Source of the DNA: Armatimonadia bacterium
GTDB taxonomy: Bacteria > Armatimonadota > Zipacnadia > Zipacnadales > UBA11051
Length of the DNA: 22,763 bases
NCBI GenBank assembly: GCA_039683575.1
Contig: JBDKRC010000051.1
Location: forward strand, 1 to 22,763
Reading direction: 5' to 3'
Shown: positions 7,980 to 17,594 of the stretch, in pieces
How positions within the stretch are numbered: position 1 is the first letter of the stretch
Layout of the letters: every line of letters begins with the position of its first letter
The notes under the pieces: model-generated
Told to the model about the DNA's origin: nothing
What the model saw: the letters and a program-made list of their open reading frames with translations, nothing else
Database searches by the model: none
Position numbers and translations under genes: made by a program

Positions 7980-8735
7980 ATGTCAGTTCAACGGATGTTT
8001 GATCTCACCGGCAAGATTGCCGCAGTCACTGGCGGGGCGCGGGGGATTGGGCGGGCTTGCGCTGATGCTTTGCAGGAGATGGGCGCCAGGATCGCGCTGA
8101 TCGATGTGCTTGAAGACCGGGTGAAGCAGTCGGCAGACGAGATGGGCAACGGGACCATCGGCATCGTGTGCGACTGCACGAACAGCGCCAGCGTCACCGC
8201 GGCCTTCGACCAGGTTAAGGCGCACTTCGGGCGACTGGATATTCTTGTGACCAGCGCCGGGATCTGCATCTGGTCACCGGCAGAGGAGATGAGCGAGCAA
8301 GACTGGGACAAGGTGGTAGACCTCAACCTCAAGGGTACCTTCCTGTGCTGCCAGGCCGCCGGGCGGATCATGATTGGGCAGAAGTCAGGGTCCATCATCA
8401 ACGTCGCCAGCATGTCCGGGAGCATCGCCAACCGCCCGCAGGCGCAGATTGGCTACAACTCGTCGAAGGCCGGCGTCATGCACTTGACCCGGAGCCTCGC
8501 CGTCGAGTGGGCACAGCATAATGTGCGGGTCAACAGCATCAGCCCGGGGTACACGCTGAGCGAGTTGACCAAGCAGTTCCCGCAGTATTTCGATGGGTGG
8601 ATGCCGTATATCCCAATGGGGCGGATGGCGCAGCCGGAGGAGTTGGTGGGGGCGGTGGTATATCTGGCGAGCGACGCGGCGAGCTATACGACGGGGCATG
8701 ATCTGGTGATTGATGGCGGGTATACGTGTTGGTGA
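7980..8735 (+). CDS. SDR family NAD(P)-dependent oxidoreductase (sugar/polyol dehydrogenase-like)
   Basis: TGGARGIG Rossmann motif, NVASMSG, catalytic YNSSK and VRVNSISPGY; GAGGAG Shine-Dalgarno upstream. Confidence 0.95.
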   Translation: MSVQRMFDLTGKIAAVTGGARGIGRACADALQEMGARIALIDVLEDRVKQSADEMGNGTIGIVCDCTNSASVTAAFDQVKAHFGRLDILVTSAGICIWSPAEEMSEQDWDKVVDLNLKGTFLCCQAAGRIMIGQKSGSIINVASMSGSIANRPQAQIGYNSSKAGVMHLTRSLAVEWAQHNVRVNSISPGYTLSELTKQFPQYFDGWMPYIPMGRMAQPEELVGAVVYLASDAASYTTGHDLVIDGGYTCW

Positions 8736-8924
8736 GGCGGGGAATCGGGAATGGGGAATCGGGAATCGGGGACCGAACGAGCGGTTACTAAGGGGAGGCG
8801 GTTGGGGAGGAGCTTTACAGGATGTACAGGATAGAGGCAAGGATGAAGAGGATACGGCGAGAGGCGTGAGGAGGAGCAGAGGGGGAGGCGGTTGGGGGCG
8901 AGGGGGTGGTCGGTGATGACGGCT

Positions 8925-8959
8925 GCGGGCAGGATGCCCGCGCACCTACGGCTACGGCG
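8925..8959 (+). repeat. Dispersed 35-bp REP-like repeat, exact second copy at 11128-11162
   Basis: GCGGGCAGGATGCCCGCGCACCTACGGCTACGGCG occurs twice; related hairpins at ~14599 (GCGGGCGAGACGCCCGC) and ~14643. Confidence 0.9.
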
Positions 8960-9051
8960 TGCGAGAGCGGCTAGGCGAGGCCTGGTCGGTGATATCGCGG
9001 TCTGGTGACCGCTCCTACAGGCATACGGGTTGGAGTACGGGAGGTATGGCA

Positions 9052-10926
9052 ATGAGACTGCTAATTGGTATAGCGCTGATGGCGCTGGCTACGGCGGGGT
9101 TTGCGGATCTTACTTTGGTCAAGGATGGTGTGTCGGCTAGCGTTATTGTTCTGCAGTCCAAGCCGTCGGAGAGTGCCGAGGTGGCTGGCTTGAAGCTGCA
9201 GACTTATCTGGAGAAGATGAGTGGGGCCAAGGTGGAGATTGTGCGGGAGCCGGCGGCGGTGCCGGCGGGGATGCTTCCTGTACGGATCGTGTCGGGCGCG
9301 GTGAATGGGAAGGCTACCGGGTTCCCGCCGAAGATGGCTGGCGAGGAGATCCGGCTCAAGGCTGATGCCAAGGAGCTGGTGGTCAGCGGGTGCGATTGGT
9401 CGGCGACCAACTATGGGACCAACGGCACCACCTGGGCCGCGATGGAGCTTCTGGAGCGGCTGGGCTGCCGGTGGCTGTGGCCCGGAGAGCTTGGGGAAGT
9501 GGTGCCCTCGGTCAAGACCGTTACGGTGCCGGGGAATCTCGACTACAGCTTCACGCCGCCGGTGATCCAGCGGCATATTCGGATGCCGAAGTGGAATGAG
9601 CGGCAGCAGGCGGGGCTGGATAAGCTCGGGATCACGAAGGAGCAGGCGGAGGCGCTGTTTGCGTCGGGGGCGGACTGGTGGCTGCACAACCGCAATGGCA
9701 AGCAGGGGCAGATGTCGTACGGGCATGCGTTTGGGGACTACTGGGAGCGGTTCGGCAAGGACCACCCAGACTGGTTTGCACTACAGCCGGATGGGACGCG
9801 GAACCAGGGGACAAAGTCAACCGAACGGGCGCGGCTCTGCGTGTCGAACCCGGAGTTGCAGAAGCAAGTGGCGGCGGATGCGATTGCGAAGCTGAAGGCC
9901 GACCCGTCGCTGTACTGTGCGTCCATATCGCCCAATGATGGCGGGCCGCAGTATTTCTGCACTTGCGAGAAGTGTGAGGCGTGGGACGCCAAGGACGGTC
10001 CGGTGATCGAGTTTAGGATCAAGGAAGGCAAGCACGTTTCGCTTACAGACCGGTATGTGAAGTTCTATAATGCGGTCGCGGAGATTGTGGCCAAGGAGAT
10101 GCCTGACCGGAAGCTCGGAGCGTATGCCTACTCGTGCTACAGCACGCCGCCGCTGCATGTGAAACTGCACCCGAACGTGTTCATCGGGTACGTGGGGTTC
10201 ACGTATCTGAACGATGCAGCGCGGAAGGTATCGCAGGACGCATGGATGGCGTGGGCCAAGGCCGCGCCGGGCGGGTTGTTCCTGCGACCGAACCTGTACA
10301 TGACCGGCATGGGGTTCCCGGTGTTCTACCCGCACCGGCTCGGGGCGGACCTGAAGATGTGCGCTGACAATGGCATGAAGGTGACGGACTTCGATACCTG
10401 CATGAACCACTGGGCGCTCAATGGGATCGATTACTACATCACGATCCGGCTGCTGTGGGACCCGTCCAAGAGCGTGGATGAGATCCTGGATGACTACTAC
10501 AAGACTGGCTTCGGACCGGCGGCGGCGCCCGTGAAGAAGTACTATGAGGCGCTGGAGCAGATGTCGGACAAGCTGGCCGCGAGCAACAAGTACGAGGGGT
10601 ACAAGGTCAACCAGGAGCTACTGGCGGGGCAGTTCACCGACGAGTTCCTGGCGCAGTTGAACGGGTATCTGGACGAGGCGAAGAGGCTCGCGGGGGCGGA
10701 TGAGAAGCTGGCCAAGAGGGTGGAGTTCGTGCGGATCGCGGTGGACTTTGCGAAGCTCAACCGGGACTGGGTGTTGGCGAAGGCGGCGGAGAAGGCCGGG
10801 GAGGGCGACAAGAAGGCGCTGCGAGAGGCGCGGGAGAAGGCGGAGGCGGCGAAGCTGGAGTATTTGAAGGGGTTGGGGCCGAATATGGGTATCAATGGGG
10901 CTTATTTGATGTTTTACGGGGTGTGA
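9052..10926 (+). CDS. Secreted DUF4838-like protein (putative carbohydrate-active)
   Basis: GGAGGT then ATG at 9052; signal peptide. Motifs LERLGCRWLWPGELGEVVP, HPDWFALQPDGTR, LCVSNPE, SISPNDG, FCTCEKC, YAYSCYSTPP and RLLWDP..DDYY..FGPAA match my recollection of this family. Confidence 0.85.
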   Translation: MRLLIGIALMALATAGFADLTLVKDGVSASVIVLQSKPSESAEVAGLKLQTYLEKMSGAKVEIVREPAAVPAGMLPVRIVSGAVNGKATGFPPKMAGEEIRLKADAKELVVSGCDWSATNYGTNGTTWAAMELLERLGCRWLWPGELGEVVPSVKTVTVPGNLDYSFTPPVIQRHIRMPKWNERQQAGLDKLGITKEQAEALFASGADWWLHNRNGKQGQMSYGHAFGDYWERFGKDHPDWFALQPDGTRNQGTKSTERARLCVSNPELQKQVAADAIAKLKADPSLYCASISPNDGGPQYFCTCEKCEAWDAKDGPVIEFRIKEGKHVSLTDRYVKFYNAVAEIVAKEMPDRKLGAYAYSCYSTPPLHVKLHPNVFIGYVGFTYLNDAARKVSQDAWMAWAKAAPGGLFLRPNLYMTGMGFPVFYPHRLGADLKMCADNGMKVTDFDTCMNHWALNGIDYYITIRLLWDPSKSVDEILDDYYKTGFGPAAAPVKKYYEALEQMSDKLAASNKYEGYKVNQELLAGQFTDEFLAQLNGYLDEAKRLAGADEKLAKRVEFVRIAVDFAKLNRDWVLAKAAEKAGEGDKKALREAREKAEAAKLEYLKGLGPNMGINGAYLMFYGV

Positions 10927-11229
10927 TGGGGAGAGAGGACAGGATGGACAGGATGAACGGCGGATGGGCAGGATAAGGCAAAGGCAGGGGTGGAGGTGGA
11001 GATAACGGCGGGCCGGCTGCGCGGTTGGGCTGCGCATGCGGCCCCTCCAGACGGCGAGAGGCGGTGGCGGAGGTGGTCGGGGACAACGGCGGGCCGGCTG
11101 AAGCTCGGCCCCTCCACACGGCGAGAGGCGGGCAGGATGCCCGCGCACCTACGGCTACGGCGAACGGCGAGGCCGGCACGGAGTGTCGGCCCCACGCTAA
11201 CATAAGACGGCAGTTCAGGGAGATTGGTT

Positions 11230-12081
11230 ATGAAGATTTGTGCTACTACTGTGATGATGCCGCAGTATGACATGCGGGAGACGGCGGAGGTTTTGGGGAG
11301 ACTTGGGTTTGATGGTGGTGAGTGGCGGTGCCGGTATATTCCTGAGGCCCAGAAAGATAAGGACTACTCGCCCTGGGGTAACGTGAAGAATGACTTCTCG
11401 CCCGACAATCTGAGCGAGCGGGGCGAGGAGCTCCTGGCGGTTAGCAAGGAGTTCGGGCTGGAGATCGTGGGGCTGGCCACGAGCATGGCCGCGACGCAGC
11501 TTGAGGAAGTGAAGAAGGTGGCGGAGGGTTGCGCCAAGTGGGGCATCAGCAAGTTCCGCATCGGGGCGCCGCGTGGGTATGACCATGAGGGAAACCATCG
11601 GGAGCTCATCTCCGATACGATCAAGGCGTTTGAAGAGGCCCTGAAGATCACGCGGGCCAACGGCGTGCGGGTGCTTCTGGAGATCCACCGCAACACCGTG
11701 GCTTGCAGCGCGTCGCAGGCTTACCTCGTGGTCAAAGAGTTCGACCCGAAGGATGTGGGCGTGATTTTCGATATAGCTAACATGAGCCTGGGGCAGGGGC
11801 ATGAGCCGACCAAGATGGGGCTCGACCTGCTGGGCGACTACGTGGCGCACGTGCATGCGGGCGGCGGGCAGCCGGTGGCCACCGAGCGCAATGAGAAGGG
11901 GCAGCTTCAGTACCGGTGGGACACGGTGGACCTGGCAGACAGCATCATTGATGTGCCGCTGTTTGTAAGCGAGCTCAAGGCGATGGGGTATGGCGGTTTC
12001 ATCTCCGTCGAGGACTTCCGTGAGATGGACCTGGAGGAGAAGATTGGGCGGCAGCTTGGGTATTTGAGGTCGCTGGAGTAG
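11230..12081 (+). CDS. Sugar phosphate isomerase/epimerase family (xylose isomerase-like TIM barrel)
   Basis: LGFDGGEWR, GVRVLLEIH, VGVIFDIAN, VAHVH and MGYGGFISVED metal-binding motifs; likely start ATG 11230. Confidence 0.9.
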   Translation: MKICATTVMMPQYDMRETAEVLGRLGFDGGEWRCRYIPEAQKDKDYSPWGNVKNDFSPDNLSERGEELLAVSKEFGLEIVGLATSMAATQLEEVKKVAEGCAKWGISKFRIGAPRGYDHEGNHRELISDTIKAFEEALKITRANGVRVLLEIHRNTVACSASQAYLVVKEFDPKDVGVIFDIANMSLGQGHEPTKMGLDLLGDYVAHVHAGGGQPVATERNEKGQLQYRWDTVDLADSIIDVPLFVSELKAMGYGGFISVEDFREMDLEEKIGRQLGYLRSLE

Positions 12082-12111
12082 AGAGCGCGGAGGGGGAGCG
12101 GGAGAATGTGG

Positions 12112-12198
12112 GAAAACGGGGACAGACACCATTTTCCGAGCGGCGTTGGTGGTAGATGACCGGGTAGGTTGGGGAAAATGGTGTCAGTCCCCATTTTC
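12112..12198. repeat. REPIN-like inverted pair (GGGGACAGACACC / GGTGTCAGTCCCC family)
   Basis: GAAAACGGGGACAGACACCATTTTCC (12112-12137) and GGAAAATGGTGTCAGTCCCCATTTTC (12173-12198), 24/26 complementary. Confidence 0.85.
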
Positions 12199-12330
12199 GT
12201 CGGTGATGACGGCCGGCAGGGTACGAGCTCCGTTGCGACGCGGACGTCGCTTTGCCATACAGCAGAGGCCGGGCGGACCACGGTCCGCCCCCACCGGCCG
12301 CCATGAAGTGGCGACCCACGCGGTTGAGAG

Positions 12331-13887
12331 ATGATGCATACTGACAGGGAGACGATGAGCCGCAATTACCGCTACCTGAGGCAGCGGCTCATGATCGTGG
12401 GTGGGTATCTGGGGCAGATCCTGACCGGGTTCGGCGTGCTCCTGGTGCTGCCTGCAGTGGTGGGGATCATCTATCGGGAAGGGCGGGCGGCGGGGGCGTT
12501 TTTGGTGACCGGGGCAGTGACAGCGGTGGTGGGGCTGCTGCTGAGGAGGTTCATGGGGAGGGGGCGGCTGGGGACGCGGGAAGCGGTGCTGCTCTGCACG
12601 GGGGCATGGGGGGTGTGCTCGCTGGTGGCGTCGATCCCGATGCAGGCGATGCTGCACCACCCTTACATCGACACGCTTTTCGAGTCGGTTAGCGGGCTGA
12701 CAACGACAGGCCTGACGGCGTTCGCGGGGCTGGATGTGGTTCCGAAGACCGTGCTGTTCTGGCGGTCTACCAGCCAGCTTCTGGGGGGACTGGGCATCCT
12801 GTCGTTCTTCCTGCTGGTGAGCTATCAGGGGAACGCGGCGCACCGGCTGTTTCAGACGGAGGCCTCGAAAGCGACGGTGCCGCGGCCCGTGCCGAGCATG
12901 CGGCGCACGGTGATCATCACGTGGATGATCTACGGCCTGCTCCTGGTGTTCAACATTGCGGTGCTCGTGCTGCTGCGGGTTGGATTGTTTGATGCCATAA
13001 ACTATGGGTTCACAACCACCTCGACGGGCGGGATGTCGCCGCATGACATGGGGCTGGCGTACTTCCGGGCGAACGGACACCCATATGCGCTGCCGATTGA
13101 ACTGGCGACCATGATCTTCATGGCGCTGAGCGGGCTGAATTACCTGCTTTTGTACCGGGCGATCACGGGACGGGTCAAGGTGCTGTTTACCGGGGTGGAG
13201 GCGCGGCGCTACTGGATGCTGATGCTGTTTGGGCTGGCCCTGATCATGATCGAGAGCCTGAGCGTACCGGCGACGTGGGCGAACCTTGGACAGCCGACAG
13301 CGACGGGGCAGATCGGCGGCAACGTGGGGTATGAGACGTGGCGGCTGGCGAGCTTTCAGGTGGTGTCGCTCGTGAGCACGACGGGGCATGTGACGCTGCC
13401 GCTGGAGCACGCGTTCTTTGGCCCGGCGGCACGGCAGTTGTTCGTGTTCATGTTGCTGCTCGGCGGGTGCGCGGGGTCAACGGCAGGTGGGCTGAAGATC
13501 GTGCGAGCGATGGTGCTGAACCGCAGCCTGCGGCAGGAGATCCGGAAACTGTCGCATCCCGAGGGCGCGACGCTGCCGGTGGTGCTCGAAGGGCATGTGC
13601 TGGAGGCGCGGACGGTGGGGTCCATGGCGGCCATGGGGTCTGCGTGGCTTATCGCCGGGGTCGTCGGCGGGATCATCATCTCGCTCAATTCGGGCCACGA
13701 GGCGCTGGGTAGCCTGTCGCTGTCGCTATCGGCGTTGAGCAATGTTGGCCCGAGCCTGCTGCCGGTAGGGGCAGTGGCGGCGCTGCCAGCGGGGTCGAAG
13801 GTGCTGCTGATGGTGTGGATGATTGCGGGAAGGCTGGAGATCCTGCCGGTGCTGGCGCTGCTGTCGGCGCGGACATGGCATGAGTGA
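12331..13887 (+). CDS. trkH: TrkH-family potassium uptake membrane protein
   Basis: Multiple TM segments with pore-loop motifs FESVSGLTTTG, STGGMS, VSTTG and LSNVGP, plus LGGLGI, GGCAGSTAGGLKIVR and MIAGRLEI. The start may be ATG 12355. Confidence 0.92.
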   Translation: MMHTDRETMSRNYRYLRQRLMIVGGYLGQILTGFGVLLVLPAVVGIIYREGRAAGAFLVTGAVTAVVGLLLRRFMGRGRLGTREAVLLCTGAWGVCSLVASIPMQAMLHHPYIDTLFESVSGLTTTGLTAFAGLDVVPKTVLFWRSTSQLLGGLGILSFFLLVSYQGNAAHRLFQTEASKATVPRPVPSMRRTVIITWMIYGLLLVFNIAVLVLLRVGLFDAINYGFTTTSTGGMSPHDMGLAYFRANGHPYALPIELATMIFMALSGLNYLLLYRAITGRVKVLFTGVEARRYWMLMLFGLALIMIESLSVPATWANLGQPTATGQIGGNVGYETWRLASFQVVSLVSTTGHVTLPLEHAFFGPAARQLFVFMLLLGGCAGSTAGGLKIVRAMVLNRSLRQEIRKLSHPEGATLPVVLEGHVLEARTVGSMAAMGSAWLIAGVVGGIIISLNSGHEALGSLSLSLSALSNVGPSLLPVGAVAALPAGSKVLLMVWMIAGRLEILPVLALLSARTWHE

Positions 13888-13942
13888 GAGGCAGGGGTCA
13901 GGGATCAGGTTTCAGGGGGCAGGAACGGCGGGCGCGCGAGGT

Positions 13943-14026
13943 TGTCATCCTGAACGAAGTGAAGGATCGCGGGGCTTGGTGGGGGCCGGAGATTCTTCGT
14001 CGCAGACGACGCTCCTCAGAATGACA
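13943..14026. repeat. Short palindromic element with terminal inverted repeats
   Basis: TGTCATCCTGA...TCAGAATGACA ends, with internal GAAGGATC / GATTCTTC pairing. Confidence 0.8.
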
Positions 14027-14167
14027 CGCGTGTTGGGGGGCTGTCGGGGGCAGTGCCCCCCAAATGGCGGGGGTCAGGGGTCAGAAACGGCTGACGGCTA
14101 ACGGCGACGGCCTGGGGTTTGGCGGCGGAGGAACGGCCATAGACTTCGCTTTGAGGAGAGATGTGCC

Positions 14168-14554
14168 ATGAGTGAGAAGCGGTGTTTGCGTAGCGAGCGG
14201 ATTCCTCCGGCGGTGGGGCCCTACTCGCAGGCGGTGCGGGCCGGAGGGTTCTTGTTCTGTTCGGGTGTGATCCCTCTGGACCCGGAGACGAAGAAGCCCG
14301 TTGAGGGTGGCATTGCGGAGCAGACGCGGCGGGTGCTGGATAGCCTGACGCTGCTTTTGGATGATTGCGGGACCGCGATGTGGCGGGTCGTGAAGACAAC
14401 CGTGTTCCTGCAGAACATGGAACATTTCGCCGAGTTCAATGCTATATATGCGGAGTACTTCCCGCATGATCCGCCGGCGCGCAGTACGGTGCAGGTGGCG
14501 CGGCTACCGCTTGACGTACTGATTGAGGTGGAGGCGATTGCGCAGCTACCGTGA
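14168..14554 (+). CDS. RidA (YjgF/YER057c/UK114) family enamine/imine deaminase
   Basis: PAVGPYSQAV, LFCSGVIPLDP, VVKTTVFL, FNAIYAEYF, PPARSTVQVARLP and IEVEAIA. Confidence 0.95.
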   Translation: MSEKRCLRSERIPPAVGPYSQAVRAGGFLFCSGVIPLDPETKKPVEGGIAEQTRRVLDSLTLLLDDCGTAMWRVVKTTVFLQNMEHFAEFNAIYAEYFPHDPPARSTVQVARLPLDVLIEVEAIAQLP

Positions 14555-14789
14555 CAACCGAGTAGAGGGCAGAGCGCCCAACAGCCAGTCCGGTGGGGGC
14601 GGGCGAGACGCCCGCACTACGCGTGGGGGCTGGACCGGTGAGGGGCGAGACGCCCGTCCTACGCGGGTTGGTGTGGGGAGCGGGACGACGCGTGGAGGCG
14701 GTGTGTTCTGGTGTTGGCGCGCGGTCGGGCTCTGGAGAGCCCTTCCACAGGTATGTGGCGCCCTTCCACAGGTATCGAGACAGCTTCCG

Positions 14790-17018
14790 GTGCTGAGGCA
14801 GCTTCAGGTGTTAGCCCTGATCGCGCTGCTATTCGCGGTGCCGGCGGGGGCGGCGGAGCTTTTGCTCAACGGAGGCTTTGAGGCGCTTGGCACTGAGGGG
14901 GTGCCGGAGGGGTGGTCGTTTGCCAACTGGGGGGAGGTTAAGTATGTCAGCGGCAAGAGCGTCGGGGGAGCGGCCTTCGGCAAGAAGGCGGTGCAGCTTG
15001 AGGGCACCATCTACCCCGTCGCGTTTGGGATTTTCTCTTACCCCGTTACGTTGCCTGATCCCCATCCTTCTGAACTGCTACTGACGTTGTCTTACCGCAC
15101 CAAGGGCAGCCCGCTGCCTGAGGCGTCGCTGGTCACCTTCACTGACGACTTCTCGGTGCAGGAATGGAAGACGCCGCAGCTTGCGGCGGAGGCGATGCCA
15201 CTGGACCCGAGCCCGGCGTGGCGGTCGGTGACCTGGCGTGTGCATGTGCTCCCGGCGGCGCGGCAGGCCGTGGTGCTGGTACGGATCCATGGGGCGGGGA
15301 TCCTGACCCTGGACGCGGCCTCGCTGAAGACCTATCCGACCGAGGTGCAGTGTGAGGTGCTGGCGCCGGGGGTGCTCACCAATGTGAAGGGCGCGCGGGA
15401 GGCTCAACTGAAGCTGACCAACCACTCGGAGGAGGAAGTTACGGGACGAGTGGAGCTTGAAGCGGCCGCGCTCAAGGGACCCACGGCGAAGACGGGGATG
15501 GCAGTGACGCTGGGGGCGGGGCAGTCGCGGGAAGTGGCGCTGCGGTACAGCTACCCGGCCGACAAGGCGGCTGCGCTGACGGTGCGGGTGGTGGGGAAGC
15601 AGCAGGATGTGGTGTACGATCAGGTGGGCATGGCGCTGCCGGGGCTTTTGGAGGGGCGGCTGGTGCGGCCGGCGTTTCGCTCGACGATTCTGCCCTCGAT
15701 CCCTATCGCGGATGTATCGGCGACGGGGATCGTAAATGCGACACCGGAGCTTCGGGGGAAGCTGCGGATGGTGGCGAGGTTGACGGGGGCGGGGGTGAGC
15801 TCGAATGAGTTTGCGGCGGATGAGAGCGGGCGGTGGCAGGTGTCGCTGCCGACATCGGGGCTGCTGGCGGAGTCATATATGGTGCAGATCATGGCCTATG
15901 ACGGCAAGGCTCAGGTGGGGGAGCTTGATCTGCCGCTGATGAAGACTGACCCGAAGGCCGCGGAGACGGGCTATGATGAGCGGATGCGGCTGTGGGTGAA
16001 CGGGCAGTTGCGGATGCCGGTGGGGATCTTCTATGCGCTGGAGAAGCCGGATTTTGTGGATGCGGCGGAGGCGGGGTTCAATACCCTCGTGCTGCCGTCC
16101 CGGAGGGCCGGAGCAGATGCCATCGAGGCGGTGTCTAAGCTGGGGTTGAGTGCGATCATCTCCTCAGCCAATGCCGACCAAGAGTTTTGGAAGAACGTGT
16201 ACAGTAAGTACCAGGTGGACCCGACGGTGACGGGGTGGTATGTGCTGCAGAGGCCGGAGGCGCAGAGCCCGCCCGCGCACCCGCTGGCGATGGCGGACCT
16301 GTACGGGCGGCTGCGCAAGCTCGACCCGCGGCGGCCGGTGTACCTGGCGCTCAGTTCGGTGTCGCGGCTGGAGCCGTACGTGCCGTGGTGTGATGTGCTG
16401 ATGCCATGGACGGAGCCGGAGCCGGCAGGGGACCTGCGGTCGGTGGATGCGCTGCTGCAGCGGGCGATGCAGGTGGCGGGCGGGGAGAAGCCGGTGTGGC
16501 CTGTGATCCAGATCGCAGGGGCCGCGCATACCCAGGACCCGCGGCTCGACCCGAAAACCACTGGCCGGGCGCCGACAGCGGAGGAATTCCGGTGCATGGT
16601 GTATCTGTCACTGGCGCGCGGAGCGCAGGGGTTCTTTGTATATCCCTTCCAGATGGCGGCGTCGAAGACCACGCTGGACTATTCGGTGAAGCGGGACGCG
16701 CCGGAGCTTTGGGAGATGATCAAGCGGGTGGGGACGGAGATGAAAGCGCTGGCGCCGATTCTGCTTGAAGGAGAGTCGGTGGCGGTGGAGACGGACAACA
16801 AGGCCATTGCAATGCGGGCGCTGCGGTATAAGGATGCAACGTATGTGATATGCGCCAACCCGTACGCGCAGGTGGTGCCGGTGAGCTTCAAAGTGCCGAG
16901 CGTGGCGGGGACGGATCTTGAGGTGGCGTTTGACCAGCGGCGGATCGTGGGGCCGGGCGGCGGGCAGTTTGGGGATCTGCTAGACGCGCGGGCGGTTCGG
17001 GTTTATATGGGGCGGTAG
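14790..17018 (+). CDS. Large secreted hypothetical protein, N-terminal CBM-like domain and C-terminal glycoside-hydrolase-like barrel
   Basis: Signal-like VLALIALLFAVPAGA then ELLLNGGFE..VPEGW (CBM4/9-like start). C-terminal VNGQ..PVGIF, AEAGFNT, LRKLDPRRP and RCMVYLSLARGAQG. Start GTG 14790 is inferred; the ORF-track extension from 14523 runs through repeats. Confidence 0.75.
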   Translation: MLRQLQVLALIALLFAVPAGAAELLLNGGFEALGTEGVPEGWSFANWGEVKYVSGKSVGGAAFGKKAVQLEGTIYPVAFGIFSYPVTLPDPHPSELLLTLSYRTKGSPLPEASLVTFTDDFSVQEWKTPQLAAEAMPLDPSPAWRSVTWRVHVLPAARQAVVLVRIHGAGILTLDAASLKTYPTEVQCEVLAPGVLTNVKGAREAQLKLTNHSEEEVTGRVELEAAALKGPTAKTGMAVTLGAGQSREVALRYSYPADKAAALTVRVVGKQQDVVYDQVGMALPGLLEGRLVRPAFRSTILPSIPIADVSATGIVNATPELRGKLRMVARLTGAGVSSNEFAADESGRWQVSLPTSGLLAESYMVQIMAYDGKAQVGELDLPLMKTDPKAAETGYDERMRLWVNGQLRMPVGIFYALEKPDFVDAAEAGFNTLVLPSRRAGADAIEAVSKLGLSAIISSANADQEFWKNVYSKYQVDPTVTGWYVLQRPEAQSPPAHPLAMADLYGRLRKLDPRRPVYLALSSVSRLEPYVPWCDVLMPWTEPEPAGDLRSVDALLQRAMQVAGGEKPVWPVIQIAGAAHTQDPRLDPKTTGRAPTAEEFRCMVYLSLARGAQGFFVYPFQMAASKTTLDYSVKRDAPELWEMIKRVGTEMKALAPILLEGESVAVETDNKAIAMRALRYKDATYVICANPYAQVVPVSFKVPSVAGTDLEVAFDQRRIVGPGGGQFGDLLDARAVRVYMGR

Positions 17019-17501
17019 TGGGGAGAGGGACGGCGAAAACAGAAAACGGAGAACGGAAAACAGTCGGAGGGGGAACCTCTAGATTGGGGAAAATGGGGAC
17101 GGAGCCTTTGCGCGGCGCCAGGTGAGTTGGTTCTGGCGAGAGGTGTTGGCGCGCAAAGTCTCCGTCCCCATTTTTGGCGTGTGGTGGTCGGGGATGACGG
17201 CGTGGGCCGGATGCCGACGGTGAGGCTGTCGACCGTGAGGTGCGACAACCCGTGCGCGCGGGCGGTTCTGGTCTAGGTGGGGCGGTAGTGGGGAGAGGGA
17301 CGGCGAAAACAGAAAACAGAGAACAGAAAACAGTCGGAGGGGGAACCTCTAGATTGGGAAAAATGGGGACGGAGCCTTTGCGCGGCGCCAGGTGAGTTGG
17401 TTCTGGCGAGAGGTGTTGGCGCGCAAAGGCTCCGTCCCCATTTTTGGCGTGTGGTGGTCGGGGATGACGGCGTGGGCCGGATGCCTACGATGAGGCTGTC
17501 G
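16985..17501 (+). repeat. 270-bp-period tandem duplication of the upstream gene's 3' end plus intergenic palindromes
   Basis: 16985-17231 and 17255-17501 are near identical, with a handful of substitutions. Confidence 0.95.
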
Positions 17502-17594
17502 GCATTCGGCCCCTCCTTGTGATGAAAGCTGGTCGGGGATAACGGCGTGGGCCGGCTGAAGCACGGCCCCTCCGAAGAGGCGAGACGGCTACGG

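Noticed and set aside
8959-9051. N-terminal extensions in the ORF track (also 14523-14789, 20987-21139 and 2564-2611)
   Set aside because: They run through intergenic or repeat-rich sequence. Downstream starts have SD sequences and/or begin with signal peptides.
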